Part shown: one piece after another, positions 7,363 through 17,653 of the stretch | How positions within the stretch are numbered: position 1 is the first letter of the stretch | How the letters are laid out: the number at the start of each line of letters is the position of its first letter | Assembly: GCA_964404625.1 (NCBI GenBank) | Contig: CAYOKR010000001.1 | Location: 1-55,639 of the forward strand | DNA from: an uncultured Oscillospiraceae bacterium | GTDB taxonomy: Bacteria; Bacillota; Clostridia; Christensenellales; CAG-314 | Reading direction: 5' to 3' | DNA length: 55,639 nt | The notes under the pieces: generated by a model | What the model saw: the letters and a program-made list of their open reading frames with translations, nothing else | The model's database searches: none | Told to the model about the DNA's origin: nothing | Made by a program: the position numbers and the translations under genes

Positions 7363-8820
7363 ATGAAAAGTAATTTAGTAATTTGTAAACTTATCAAATA
7401 TGCGCAAACGTATCTTGGCTTGCAACAAGCAGACGTGATGTACGTAACAAACAACGTTTTAGATATTTTGGGCATTTCTTCTTTCGAACAACAACCGGTA
7501 CAACACGTTTCCGACGATATTGCGGAGCTTTTACACGAGTTCACTTCCGCTTGTGTGGAAGACGGCGTTTTCGAACAAGCGGACGGCCCTTACTACTGTG
7601 ATAAAGTTATGGGGGCATTGTCCTTGTTACCAAGTTCCGTAGATGGTGTTTTTGCACAAATCCACGCAGAACACGGTTCAAAAGCAGCAATGGAGTGGTT
7701 ATATGCTTATTGCGTTGCCAATAACTATGTTAAAAAGGCAGTTTTAGATAAAAACCCACGTTTCGACTCTAACGGATTGGTTGTAACAATCAACCTTGCC
7801 AAACCGGAATTCCGTGATCCAAAGCAATCTGCACAAGGTAACAAAGTTGCCGGCGGATACCCCAAGTGCGTTATTTGTCGCGAAAACGAAGGTTTTGCTT
7901 CTCGTAGCAAATGCACTTTGCGAACAGTTTCACTTACATTGGGTGGTAAACCTTGGTTTTGGCAATTTTCACCTTACGGATATTTCAATCAACACGGTAT
8001 TGCCGTGAACTGCGAGCACACTCCCATGAAGGTTGATACGCAAACTTTTGTAAATCTTTTGGATTTTGTCGATCAATTTCCTAATTACTTTATCGGTAGC
8101 AATGCTGCCCTAAAACGTATCGGCGGTAGCGTGCTTGCACACGATCACTACCAGGGCGGTGGAGAATCTTTGCCTATGCATAAAGCAGGATTTAGACAAA
8201 TGTTCACTTTGCCCGGTTACGAAGATTTAACAATCGGTATTGTGGATTGGCACAACACGGCAGTGCGCATCTGCGGTAAAAATCGCCAACATCTTATCGA
8301 AGTCGGTGCGCGTATTAACGATGCTTGGCGCACCTACGATAACGAGCAACTCGGTCTTGTTCACGCATCCGCAGGCGAACAACATCACGCAACAAGCCCT
8401 ACCGTAGTTAAAGTGGGCGACGAGTATCAACTAACCATCATTTTGCGTAGCAATATCACAACTGACGAGTTCCCGGACGGGGTTTTCCACGCACATCCTG
8501 AGTTCCATATTATCAAAAAAGAATCTATCGGCCTTATCGAAGCACAAGGATTGTTTATTTTGCCTGGTAGATTGCAAAATCAACTTGCTCAAGTGGAACA
8601 ATGTATCACAAACGGCAAATTGACGGATGACCTTGCCGATTTCCAAATGGTATACGACGAAACTGTTGCCATCATGCAAAAGGGTGTTGGCAACGTACAC
8701 AAAGCAATGCAAATGGAACTTGGTTCCGTTTGTGAAAGAATATTGCACAACACGGCAGTATTCAAAGACGATTCTCAAACGATAGCCTTTATGCAAGGCA
8801 TCGGTTTTATAACCAAATAA
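7363..8820 (+). CDS. galT: galactose-1-phosphate uridylyltransferase (long Firmicute type)
   Basis: 485 aa. HDHYQGG active-site region and KCVICRENEG-type Cys motif. Confidence 0.9.
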   Translation: MKSNLVICKLIKYAQTYLGLQQADVMYVTNNVLDILGISSFEQQPVQHVSDDIAELLHEFTSACVEDGVFEQADGPYYCDKVMGALSLLPSSVDGVFAQIHAEHGSKAAMEWLYAYCVANNYVKKAVLDKNPRFDSNGLVVTINLAKPEFRDPKQSAQGNKVAGGYPKCVICRENEGFASRSKCTLRTVSLTLGGKPWFWQFSPYGYFNQHGIAVNCEHTPMKVDTQTFVNLLDFVDQFPNYFIGSNAALKRIGGSVLAHDHYQGGGESLPMHKAGFRQMFTLPGYEDLTIGIVDWHNTAVRICGKNRQHLIEVGARINDAWRTYDNEQLGLVHASAGEQHHATSPTVVKVGDEYQLTIILRSNITTDEFPDGVFHAHPEFHIIKKESIGLIEAQGLFILPGRLQNQLAQVEQCITNGKLTDDLADFQMVYDETVAIMQKGVGNVHKAMQMELGSVCERILHNTAVFKDDSQTIAFMQGIGFITK

Positions 8821-8835
8821 AGGGGGAAAATTACT

Positions 8836-9849
8836 ATGAAAATTCTTGTAACAGGTGGTGCAGGCTATATCGGTTCGCACACAACGGTTGAGTTGTTAGA
8901 CAAAGGCTACGAAGTTGTAATTGTAGATAACTTGGAAAACTCTTCTAAATTAGCAGTAGAAAGAATTGAACAGATTACAGGTAAAAAGGTTACTTTCTAC
9001 GAAGGTGATATTCGCGATCGCAAATTGATGAATCAAATTTTTGACGAACATCAAGTTGATTGGGTAATTCACTTCGCCGGACTAAAGGCAGTGGGTGAAA
9101 GTTGCGCAAAACCACTTGAGTATTACGACAACAACCTTTACGGCACGTTGGTTTTGTTGGAAACTATGCGTGAGCATAATTGCAAAAAAATCGTGTTTAG
9201 TTCTTCCGCAACAGTGTATGGCGATCCCGAAGTGTTGCCGCTTACGGAAGATTGCAAAACCGGTGGTACAACTAACCCCTATGGAACAAGCAAGTATTTC
9301 CAAGAAATCATTTTGACTGACCTTCACAAGGCTGATAATGAGTGGACTGTGGTACTCCTTAGATACTTCAACCCTGTTGGCGCACACGAAAGTGGTCTTA
9401 TCGGCGAAGATCCACAAGGTATTCCCAACAATTTAACTCCGTTTATTGCAAAAGTTGCTATCGGTCAACTTGCGGAAATCGGCGTGTTTGGTAACGACTA
9501 CGACACTCCCGACGGCACAGGTGTTCGTGACTACATCCACGTTGTTGATCTTGCAAAAGGACACGTTGCCGCTATCGAAGGAATCAATGAAAGTGGTAGA
9601 TACGTCTACAACCTTGGAACGGGCAACGGCTACTCCGTTTTGCAAGTTATCGATGCTTTTGGCAAGGCTTGTCACAAACAACTGCCATTCGCAATTAAGA
9701 CACGTCGTCCAGGAGATATTGCAACTTGCTATGCCGACGCGTCAAAAGCAAAGCGCGAACTTGGTTGGGAAGCGAAACACGATATCAACGATATGTGCGA
9801 ATCTCTTTGGAAGTGGCAAACAATGAATCCCAACGGTTATAAGGGTTAA
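8836..9849 (+). CDS. galE: UDP-glucose 4-epimerase
   Basis: MKILVTGGAGYIGSH Rossmann motif, SSSATVYG and YGTSK catalytic motif; 337 aa. Confidence 0.95.
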   Translation: MKILVTGGAGYIGSHTTVELLDKGYEVVIVDNLENSSKLAVERIEQITGKKVTFYEGDIRDRKLMNQIFDEHQVDWVIHFAGLKAVGESCAKPLEYYDNNLYGTLVLLETMREHNCKKIVFSSSATVYGDPEVLPLTEDCKTGGTTNPYGTSKYFQEIILTDLHKADNEWTVVLLRYFNPVGAHESGLIGEDPQGIPNNLTPFIAKVAIGQLAEIGVFGNDYDTPDGTGVRDYIHVVDLAKGHVAAIEGINESGRYVYNLGTGNGYSVLQVIDAFGKACHKQLPFAIKTRRPGDIATCYADASKAKRELGWEAKHDINDMCESLWKWQTMNPNGYKG

Positions 9850-9877
9850 TTTTGTAGACTTCAACTATGTCGATAGT

Positions 9878-9903
9878 GCAAAATCGGTAAGATTTTGTTT
9901 TTG
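9878..9903 (+). terminator. rho-independent terminator
   Basis: gcaaaatc / gattttgt stem with 5-nt loop, followed by TTTTT. Lies 29 nt after the galE stop. Confidence 0.7.
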
Positions 9904-10166
9904 ACGTTTATTCAACGGTATTATCGAACACTTTAGATATAAAAATCTGCATTACAGTTCGTTTATAATACAAGAAGTTTTTGTTTTGCTTGCAAAAAAG
10001 AACAAACCTTCGTCGTTTTACATACTCGAAGCACAAAACATAGTTTTTATAGCGATATGATAGTTTTGCAAATATTTTGCCGAATGGCAAAATATTTACT
10101 TCGTTTCGTTTTACATTGTTCAAAAAAATATATTAATTACGTTAATAAAACCAATTTAATAATTAA

Positions 10167-10207
10167 AAACAGAAAAACAACGAATCAACTTCGTTGTTTT
10201 TCTGTTT
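10167..10207 (-). terminator. rho-independent terminator (long perfect hairpin, usable from both strands)
   Basis: aaacagaaaaacaacgaa / ttcgttgtttttctgttt 18-bp stem with 5-nt loop. T-rich flank on the minus strand, downstream of the DMT gene. Confidence 0.8.
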
Positions 10208-10283
10208 AGTAGATAATCTATTTATTAATTAATATTGTAGCAATACAAGGTTTTTATTTGGCAATTATTACTAACGGCTATCG

Positions 10284-11249
10284 TTAATTGCCGTTATCTT
10301 GATTTTTGTTACTAATTTCTTGTTTTTTAGTTTTCACTTTGTTTACCCAAAGTGGTGCAAACTCTGCAAGTATAACTGCACCGATAACCAATAGCCCGCC
10401 AACAACAATGTTCCAACTGAATCTGTCAATACCAAACGCGATGGAAATTATAGCGCCAATGGGTGTTTCGCATGTCAAAATTAGTGATGTTTGCGTAGGT
10501 TTTACGTATTTTTGTGCGTAAGTTTGTGCGTAGTAGGCAAATCCGGTGCCAAGTATAGATACAATCGCAATTTTCCACCATACTTTTTCTACGGATATTG
10601 TCAAAGTGGCGTATTTGTGACTTTCAAAAATTAGCGTGTATAAGATGAACAATATCGATGCAAAAACGATTTGCAAAACAACTAGATTGTTGCTTTGGAT
10701 TTTGTCTTTTTGCAAAAGATAATCCCCGTAGACAATTTGCAATGCAAACATCAATGCCCCTATCACTGTAAAAAGGATACCCAACGATTCTTTGGCTGTT
10801 GGCATTTTGTTTAGATTTAGCACAATAAATCCCGCAACCGCAAGTGCAACCGCCACAAATACGGAAAGATTAGGCGCTTTTTTGTACACAATCCACGCAA
10901 TAAACGGCGTCATTACAAAGTACAGTGCAGTAAAAAATCCACAATGTGCAGGTGTGATGTACGTTTGCCCCATAAGTTGGAATGTAAATCCACAAAACAA
11001 CATTGTTCCACCGATTGCACCGTACGTAACGTTTTTCCAAGAAAGTTTAATGTCTTTCCACAGTGCAATCACAAGAACGATTGCTCCAAATCCAAATCGC
11101 AAAGAGTTTTGTAGCCCGGGTGTTACGGCAAAACCGTCAACAAGCAACGAATCTGCCAAAACAAATCCTGCACCCCAAATTAGTGCAACTGCACACAGCA
11201 TTACAATAGATATTGTTCGTTTTTGATTATTTGTTACCATAGTTATCAT
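10284..11249 (-). CDS. DMT (EamA-like) family transporter
   Basis: 321 aa, about 10 TM helices in a two-repeat architecture typical of EamA proteins. Confidence 0.85.
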   Translation of the reverse strand: MITMVTNNQKRTISIVMLCAVALIWGAGFVLADSLLVDGFAVTPGLQNSLRFGFGAIVLVIALWKDIKLSWKNVTYGAIGGTMLFCGFTFQLMGQTYITPAHCGFFTALYFVMTPFIAWIVYKKAPNLSVFVAVALAVAGFIVLNLNKMPTAKESLGILFTVIGALMFALQIVYGDYLLQKDKIQSNNLVVLQIVFASILFILYTLIFESHKYATLTISVEKVWWKIAIVSILGTGFAYYAQTYAQKYVKPTQTSLILTCETPIGAIISIAFGIDRFSWNIVVGGLLVIGAVILAEFAPLWVNKVKTKKQEISNKNQDNGN

Positions 11250-11339
11250 AAAAATAACGGCAAACTAAAATATTAGTCTGTCGTTAACGCGGAAAGGCGA
11301 ATGGACAAGGGATTTCTCCCACATTGCCTTTCAATATTT
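11250..11339 (-). promoter_or_regulatory. structured 5' leader (candidate riboswitch/attenuator)
   Basis: On the minus strand: nested hairpin GAAAGGCAAUG[..GGGAGAAAUCCC..]CAUUCGCCUUUC (11292-11332). It is followed by the hairpin AACGACAGACU/AGUUUGCCGUU (11256-11285) and AUUUUU running directly into the AUG. Confidence 0.4.
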
Positions 11340-11345
11340 TTTTAT

Positions 11346-11374
11346 ATTATATGCAATTTTTCGCTTTTTGTCAA
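11346..11374 (-). promoter_or_regulatory. sigma-A consensus promoter
   Basis: On the minus strand: TTGACA (11374-11369), 17-nt spacer, TATAAT (11351-11346). Confidence 0.7.
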
Positions 11375-11900
11375 CAGATAATATAATAATTTACATTCCA
11401 CATGTATTTTGTAGGAAAATGCGTTCTTTGTGAGGATTTTAGAGTTTGTTAGCATTTATATTAATATTTGCATTTTAACGCATTCGGCGACAATTCAACG
11501 ATATCATTTGTTTGTTGGTGGTTTATCATTTGTATTTTTAACGTTAACCTAAAATTACAAATATATGGGTAGCATTAAGTAGCGTAATTGTACCTTGTTT
11601 ATTTATTATATACAACGTTTTGTGTTTTCTGTTCTGTTTGAGATTTTGACGTTCGTATTTTATTATTTTGTCATATATTACGCTTTGTAATGTCAAAATA
11701 TATAAAAATAACACAATGCTGTTATTTTTGATGGTTTTTTAGCAAAAACTTTTCAAAATATTGCCAAGAAATTGTTAAACTGTTATTATAATAGTAATAA
11801 AAGAGTATTCTCGATATTTGGCTAAAAGTAATTCTATAATAACTTTTTGCTGATATAGGGAGTAGTTTTTATTTTTCGAAACATATTCTGGAGGAACACA

Positions 11901-13385
11901 ATGAGATCGAGTGGTATTTTGTTGCACATCACGTCGTTACCAAGTTCTATGGGGGTTGGAACGCTTGCTGAAACGGACAAATTTATCAAATTTTTGAAAG
12001 CATCCAAACAAGAGTATTGGCAAATTTTGCCTATCACTCCAACGGATTTTGTAAACTCTCCCTATGCAAGTCCGTCTGCATTTGCAGGCAACACCTTGCT
12101 TATCAACGTTGACGAATTAGGCAAATCCGGACTTGTTAGCGAAGAAACTTTAGCAGATGCAAAAAACTGCAAAGGCAACGACTACGGTTATGCAATTTGG
12201 CACAAAGATATAATTCTGCGCGAAGCATTTACAAACTTTATCAAAAACGATCCCCCCAAGGACTATTTTGAGTTTTGTTCGCAAAACAGTTATTGGTTGG
12301 ACGACTATGCGCTTTTCTGCGCGCTCAAAAAACACTTTAACGGAAAATCTTGGTTAGAGTGGGACGACGAAGACGCACGTATGCGCAAACCATCAACCTT
12401 GCTATACTACACCGAAGAACTGTGCGACGAAATTAACTTTGTAATTTTCACTCAATACATATTCTTCAAGCAATGGGCATCATTGCGTAAAAAGTTGGCT
12501 AAAAACCATATCAAACTGGTAGGGGACATTCCCATCTACGTTGCATACGACTCTGCTGACGTTTGGGCACATTCGGAATTGTTCCAACTAACCGCAGACC
12601 GCCGTCCAAGTTGGGTAGCGGGTGTTCCTCCGGACTATTTCTCTGCCGATGGACAACTTTGGGGAAATCCTTTGTACGATTGGAAAGCTATGAAGTCTAC
12701 AAACTACGATTGGTGGAATCGTCGTGTTGCAAAGTGCGCTGAACTTTTCGACGTGTTGCGCATCGACCACTTTAGAGCGTTCGACAGTTACTACTGCATC
12801 AAATACGGCGAAGCAACAGCTCGCAATGGACATTGGGAAAAGGGCATCGGTTACGAATTTTTAAAGTTTATTCAAGATTCTCACCCAGAGTTGACCATTA
12901 TTGCGGAAGATTTGGGAGATATTCCCGATTCCGTTTTGAAATTGCGTGATAAATGCGGACTTGCCGGAATGAAAGTAATGCAATTTGCCTACGACGACGG
13001 TAATCCCAAAAATTCTTTCTTACCACAAAACTTCGAAGAACACTGCGTTGCATATCTTGGCACTCACGATAACGACACAACTCTCGGTTGGTGGCAAGCA
13101 AGCAACGATTGGACAAAGCAAAATGCTACACGCTTTAGTGGTGTTACCGATGGTGACGATATTTCGTTGCAATTGATAAAGGTACTTGCGGAAAGTAGAG
13201 CAGAATTGGTAGTCTATTCTATGCAAGATATTGCGCAAAACGACACTACACAACGTATGAATATTCCGGGAACTCTCGGATGTTGGAAATACATGGCAAG
13301 CCGTGGCGATTTCTCTCAAGAAAATGCTAAATGGCTTGCTGATCTCACCGTACAAACAAATCGTGCACCTATGGAGAATGACTGA
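11901..13385 (+). CDS. malQ: 4-alpha-glucanotransferase (amylomaltase, GH77)
   Basis: MRSSGILLHITSLPS N-terminus, RIDHFRAF, GDIPIYV and LGTHDNDT motifs; SD GGAGG. Confidence 0.93.
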   Translation: MRSSGILLHITSLPSSMGVGTLAETDKFIKFLKASKQEYWQILPITPTDFVNSPYASPSAFAGNTLLINVDELGKSGLVSEETLADAKNCKGNDYGYAIWHKDIILREAFTNFIKNDPPKDYFEFCSQNSYWLDDYALFCALKKHFNGKSWLEWDDEDARMRKPSTLLYYTEELCDEINFVIFTQYIFFKQWASLRKKLAKNHIKLVGDIPIYVAYDSADVWAHSELFQLTADRRPSWVAGVPPDYFSADGQLWGNPLYDWKAMKSTNYDWWNRRVAKCAELFDVLRIDHFRAFDSYYCIKYGEATARNGHWEKGIGYEFLKFIQDSHPELTIIAEDLGDIPDSVLKLRDKCGLAGMKVMQFAYDDGNPKNSFLPQNFEEHCVAYLGTHDNDTTLGWWQASNDWTKQNATRFSGVTDGDDISLQLIKVLAESRAELVVYSMQDIAQNDTTQRMNIPGTLGCWKYMASRGDFSQENAKWLADLTVQTNRAPMEND

Positions 13386-15217
13386 TGAACAAATTTACTA
13401 ATTTTTACGAAGGAAATGAAACTGAAGCGTACAAACTTTTGGGTTGTCACAAAGTAAGCGATACGTCCTATCATTTTGCCGTTTGGGCGCCTAATGCAAA
13501 ATCCGTTTGTGTAATTGGCGAATTTAATAATTGGTTAGTTAACCATAACAAATTGGAACTTATCGACGGTATTTGGCAAACTACGGTAGAAGCACGCGCG
13601 GGTGATTTGTACAAGTTCGCTATCACCACACAAAACGGCAACATCTTGTACAAAGCCGACCCTTATGCACGCTATAGCGAACTTCGTCCGGGTACTGCAA
13701 GCGTTATTTACGACGACGACTACCAATGGAACGATTCCGATTGGCAAGCAAAAATGTCCAAAAAGGATATTTATAAAAGCCCCGTCAATATCTACGAAGT
13801 GCATGCGGGTTCTTGGCGTCGTCACTACGACGGTAGATTGTATTCCTACCGTGATTTGGCGAAGTACCTTGTACCTTACGTCAAAAAAATGGGCTATACT
13901 CACGTTGAGTTTATGCCTTTGACGGAACATCCGTTTGATGGTTCTTGGGGATATCAAGTTACGGGATTTTTCTCACCTACAAGCCGTTTTGGTACGCCTG
14001 CCGATTTGAAATATCTCGTTGACAAGTTTCATAAAGCGGGCATCGGCGTAATTTTGGACTGGGTTCCTGCCCATTTCTGTAAAGATTCTCACGGACTTAT
14101 CGAGTTTGACGGTACTTGTTGTTACGAATCTGCCGACGAACACAAAAAAGAACACAAAAATTGGGGTACTCGTATTTTCGACTATTCTCGTTACGAAGTG
14201 CAATCTTTCCTTGTTTCTTCCGCGTTGTATTGGCTTAAAGAGTTCCATTTCGACGGAATTCGCGTAGATGCAGTGGCAAGTATGCTGTATCTTGACTACG
14301 ACCGTCGTGACGGAGAGTGGACGCCTAACAAATTCGGCGGAAATCAAAATTTGGAAGCGATCGACTTTTTGCGTAAACTTTCTTGCGAAGTTTTCCAAGC
14401 ATGCCCTTATGCTTTGTTTATTGCGGAAGAGTCTACCGCATTCCCCAAGGTTACTCATCCCACCTACGTTGGCGGTTTGGGATTTAACTACAAGTGGAAT
14501 ATGGGTTGGATGAACGATACTCTTTCCTACATGCAATGCGACACTTTGTGGCGTGGCGATAATCACGGTAAAATGACTTTTTCGATGTGCTATGCTTATT
14601 CGGAAAACTACATTTTGCCACTTTCTCACGACGAAGTTGTGCATCTAAAAAAGAGTCTTATCAACAAAATGTTCGGCGACTACGAAACCAAGTTTAGACA
14701 ACTAAAAGCGTACATCGGTTTCCAATATGCACATCCCGGCAAAAAACTCAACTTTATGGGCAACGAATTTGCTCAATGGAACGAGTGGAACGAGGATAAA
14801 GAGTTAGATTGGATGTTGCTAACATTGCCAAAACACGATAGTCACCGTCAATTTATAATGGATTTGAACAAAACCTACAAAAAGTACAAAGCGTTTTATC
14901 AAAACGAAGTGGACTGGGACGGTTTCAAATGGCTAATTGCCGACGATACTAAAAATAGCGTGTTTGCCTTTGAACGTATTGCTAAAAACGGTAGCAAGAT
15001 TTTGGCAATCTTTAACTTTAGCGTGTACGACTACCACAAGTATGGTTTCTTTATGGATCCGGGTACTTATCAACTGATACTTAACAGTGACGAATTTAAA
15101 TACAGCGGTCGTGGTATTGATGTAGCAAACGAAGTTACTACAACGGCCGACGGCTACGCAGAGTTTACAATGCCTGCATCCAGCGTACAATACTACTATA
15201 TGCCTGCAAAAAAATAA
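13385..15217 (+). CDS. glgB: 1,4-alpha-glucan branching enzyme (GH13_9)
   Basis: 610 aa. GIGVILDWVPAHF, FDGIRVDAVASMLY, AEESTAFP and LSHDEVVH conserved regions. ATG overlaps the malQ stop (TGATG). Confidence 0.95.
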   Translation: MNKFTNFYEGNETEAYKLLGCHKVSDTSYHFAVWAPNAKSVCVIGEFNNWLVNHNKLELIDGIWQTTVEARAGDLYKFAITTQNGNILYKADPYARYSELRPGTASVIYDDDYQWNDSDWQAKMSKKDIYKSPVNIYEVHAGSWRRHYDGRLYSYRDLAKYLVPYVKKMGYTHVEFMPLTEHPFDGSWGYQVTGFFSPTSRFGTPADLKYLVDKFHKAGIGVILDWVPAHFCKDSHGLIEFDGTCCYESADEHKKEHKNWGTRIFDYSRYEVQSFLVSSALYWLKEFHFDGIRVDAVASMLYLDYDRRDGEWTPNKFGGNQNLEAIDFLRKLSCEVFQACPYALFIAEESTAFPKVTHPTYVGGLGFNYKWNMGWMNDTLSYMQCDTLWRGDNHGKMTFSMCYAYSENYILPLSHDEVVHLKKSLINKMFGDYETKFRQLKAYIGFQYAHPGKKLNFMGNEFAQWNEWNEDKELDWMLLTLPKHDSHRQFIMDLNKTYKKYKAFYQNEVDWDGFKWLIADDTKNSVFAFERIAKNGSKILAIFNFSVYDYHKYGFFMDPGTYQLILNSDEFKYSGRGIDVANEVTTTADGYAEFTMPASSVQYYYMPAKK

Positions 15218-15238
15218 TGCTTTGGGAGATTTATTACA

Positions 15239-17653
15239 ATGCATAACAACCTTACAAAAACACAACTTAAACAACTTATCGAACAATCCGCACAAAAACA
15301 ATATGGCGTTAGCGGTGTAGAACTTACAGGTTTGCAACTTTACAAATGCGTTGCAACGGTAGTAAGAGATATGCTTTTGCAAAAACGTGCTGAATTCAAC
15401 CACGAACACAAAGCACGCACACGTAAACGTATTCACTACCTTTCCATGGAATTTTTGATGGGACGTTCGCTAAAAAATAACCTTTTTAATATGGAAATGG
15501 AAGAACTTTTTGCTTCCGTGCTAAAAAAGAACTACAAAGTAGATTTGAACGACCTTTACGAATACGAACCTGATGCAGGTCTTGGTAATGGCGGTTTAGG
15601 ACGTCTTGCTGCTTGCTATTTGGATTGCCTTGCCAAGGAAGATTATCCCGTTATGGGACATTCTTTGCGTTTTGAATACGGTTTCTTTCAACAAAAAATC
15701 GTAGATGGTTGGCAAACGGAACTTCCTGATAACTGGTTGCCCGGTGGCGAAGTTTGGCTAAAGGAACGCCCTGACAAAGCACAAGTAGTGCGTTTTGGCG
15801 GTATGGTAAAGGAAATTTGGACGGACAAAGGACCTATCTACCAACAAGTTAACTGCGACGAAGTAGAAGCTTTTCCTTACGATATGTTGGTGGACGGCTA
15901 CAAAGCTAACGCAGTAGGCGTTTTGCGTTTGTGGTCTGCTCGTTCTAAAAAGCCTTTTGACTTTGCTGCATTTGGTCAAGGCGAATATATGCGCGCTTTG
16001 GAACAACAATCCCAAGCAGAAATGATTACCAAAGTTTTGTACCCAAGCGACAACCACGAAGAAGGCAAAATTTTGCGTCTAAAACAAGAGTATTTTCTTG
16101 TTTCGGCAGCAATGCAAAATATTACAACAGATCACTACAAGCGTTACGGCAATTTTGATAACTTTACCGATTTGGTAGCAGTTCATATCAACGACACCCA
16201 CCCGGCACTTTGCGGACCGGAACTTATGCGTATTTTTATTGACGACTATGGTTTTTCGTGGGAACACGCTTGGTATATCGTAAAATCGGTATGTGCTTAC
16301 ACAAACCACACTGTTTTGGCAGAAGCGTTGGAATCTTGGCCACAATACATTTTCCAAAAACTGTTGCCACGTATCTATCAAATTATTGTAGAAATCAACG
16401 AACGCGCTTGTAAGGAATATTTCCAACTAACAGGTGGCGACTTCAAAAGAGTTAGCGATTTGGCAATTATTGCTTACGACCAAGTGCGTATGGCAAACTT
16501 GTCTATTATTACCTCTCACTACGTAAACGGTGTATCTGCATTGCACAGTGACATTTTGAAAAAATCGTTGTTCAAGGATTTTTATCAAATCGAACCGGAA
16601 AAATTCGGCAACGTTACAAACGGTATTGCTCATCGCAGATGGCTTTGTCAAGCTAACCTCAAGCTTACTGGACTTATCACGGAACTTATCGGCGACGGAT
16701 TTGTTACCGATGCAAGCGAGTTAACCAAGCTTAACGACTTTTTGGATGATACGCAGGTGCACGAACGTATGGCACAAATCAAACTTGCCAACAAACAACG
16801 CTTTGCCGAGATTGCTCGTGCCAAAAACGGCATTGTTATCGATCCTAACACTCGTTTTGACGTGCAAGTAAAACGTTTACATGAGTACAAACGTCAACTT
16901 CTTAACGTACTTAAAATTATTTCCTTATATCACGATCTCAAGGAAGATCCTGATATGGATATTACGCCGCAAACGTTTATTTTCGGTGCAAAGGCTGCTC
17001 CAAGCTACTATGCTGCAAAGGAAGTTATCAAGCTTATTTGCTGTATTCAAAAGGACTTGGAAAAGCATCCTAAAATTCGCAAAAAACTAAACGTTGTGTT
17101 TATGGAAAACTATTGCGTTACCATGGCGGAAGCGCTTATCCCTGCTGCTGAAGTTAGCGAACAAATTTCGTTGGCAGGCAAGGAAGCAAGTGGTACGAGT
17201 AATATGAAGTTTATGATTAACGGTGCATTGACTATCGGTACGTTGGATGGCGCCAACGTAGAAATGCACGAAGCGGTCGGCGACGACAATATCTTTATCT
17301 TCGGTATGACCGCTCGCGAAGTGGAAGGTACTTGGGCAAAGGGCTATAATTCTATGGAGTACTACTTCAAGCAACCTAAACTTCGTGCAATCATCGAAGA
17401 ACTTAACAACGGTTTTGCCGGCGAAACGTTCGAAAATATTTCCAACTATTTGCTTCGTTCTGCACAAGTTGCTGATCCATATATGTGTTTTGCCGATTTC
17501 TCAAGTTATATGGCAACTCACGAAAAAATGGATCAAGTTTATCACGATGTTGACGAATGGAACAAAAAATCTCTAAAGAACATTGCCGAAGCGGGTAGAT
17601 TCTCGGCTGACCGCGCCGTTCGCGAATACGCTCAAAAGATTTGGAGAATGTAA
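15239..17653 (+). CDS. glgP: glycogen/maltodextrin phosphorylase (GT35)
   Basis: 804 aa. GLGNGGLGRLAAC, EASGTSNMKF (PLP lysine region) and HEYKRQLLN motifs. Confidence 0.95.
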   Translation: MHNNLTKTQLKQLIEQSAQKQYGVSGVELTGLQLYKCVATVVRDMLLQKRAEFNHEHKARTRKRIHYLSMEFLMGRSLKNNLFNMEMEELFASVLKKNYKVDLNDLYEYEPDAGLGNGGLGRLAACYLDCLAKEDYPVMGHSLRFEYGFFQQKIVDGWQTELPDNWLPGGEVWLKERPDKAQVVRFGGMVKEIWTDKGPIYQQVNCDEVEAFPYDMLVDGYKANAVGVLRLWSARSKKPFDFAAFGQGEYMRALEQQSQAEMITKVLYPSDNHEEGKILRLKQEYFLVSAAMQNITTDHYKRYGNFDNFTDLVAVHINDTHPALCGPELMRIFIDDYGFSWEHAWYIVKSVCAYTNHTVLAEALESWPQYIFQKLLPRIYQIIVEINERACKEYFQLTGGDFKRVSDLAIIAYDQVRMANLSIITSHYVNGVSALHSDILKKSLFKDFYQIEPEKFGNVTNGIAHRRWLCQANLKLTGLITELIGDGFVTDASELTKLNDFLDDTQVHERMAQIKLANKQRFAEIARAKNGIVIDPNTRFDVQVKRLHEYKRQLLNVLKIISLYHDLKEDPDMDITPQTFIFGAKAAPSYYAAKEVIKLICCIQKDLEKHPKIRKKLNVVFMENYCVTMAEALIPAAEVSEQISLAGKEASGTSNMKFMINGALTIGTLDGANVEMHEAVGDDNIFIFGMTAREVEGTWAKGYNSMEYYFKQPKLRAIIEELNNGFAGETFENISNYLLRSAQVADPYMCFADFSSYMATHEKMDQVYHDVDEWNKKSLKNIAEAGRFSADRAVREYAQKIWRM

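Noticed and set aside
9904-10166. Region between the galE terminator and the DMT terminator containing a perfect AT-rich hairpin (10070-10099) and a 71-aa minus ORF. Considered as an sRNA or small gene.
   Set aside because: There is no convincing promoter on either strand. The hairpin is entirely A/T pairs, and the ORF lacks an SD and has spacer-like composition.
13973-14644. 223-aa minus-strand ORF inside glgB, and similar antisense ORFs within glgP, the GH13 gene and smc
   Set aside because: These are shadow ORFs opposite strongly supported genes, with no independent start signals.
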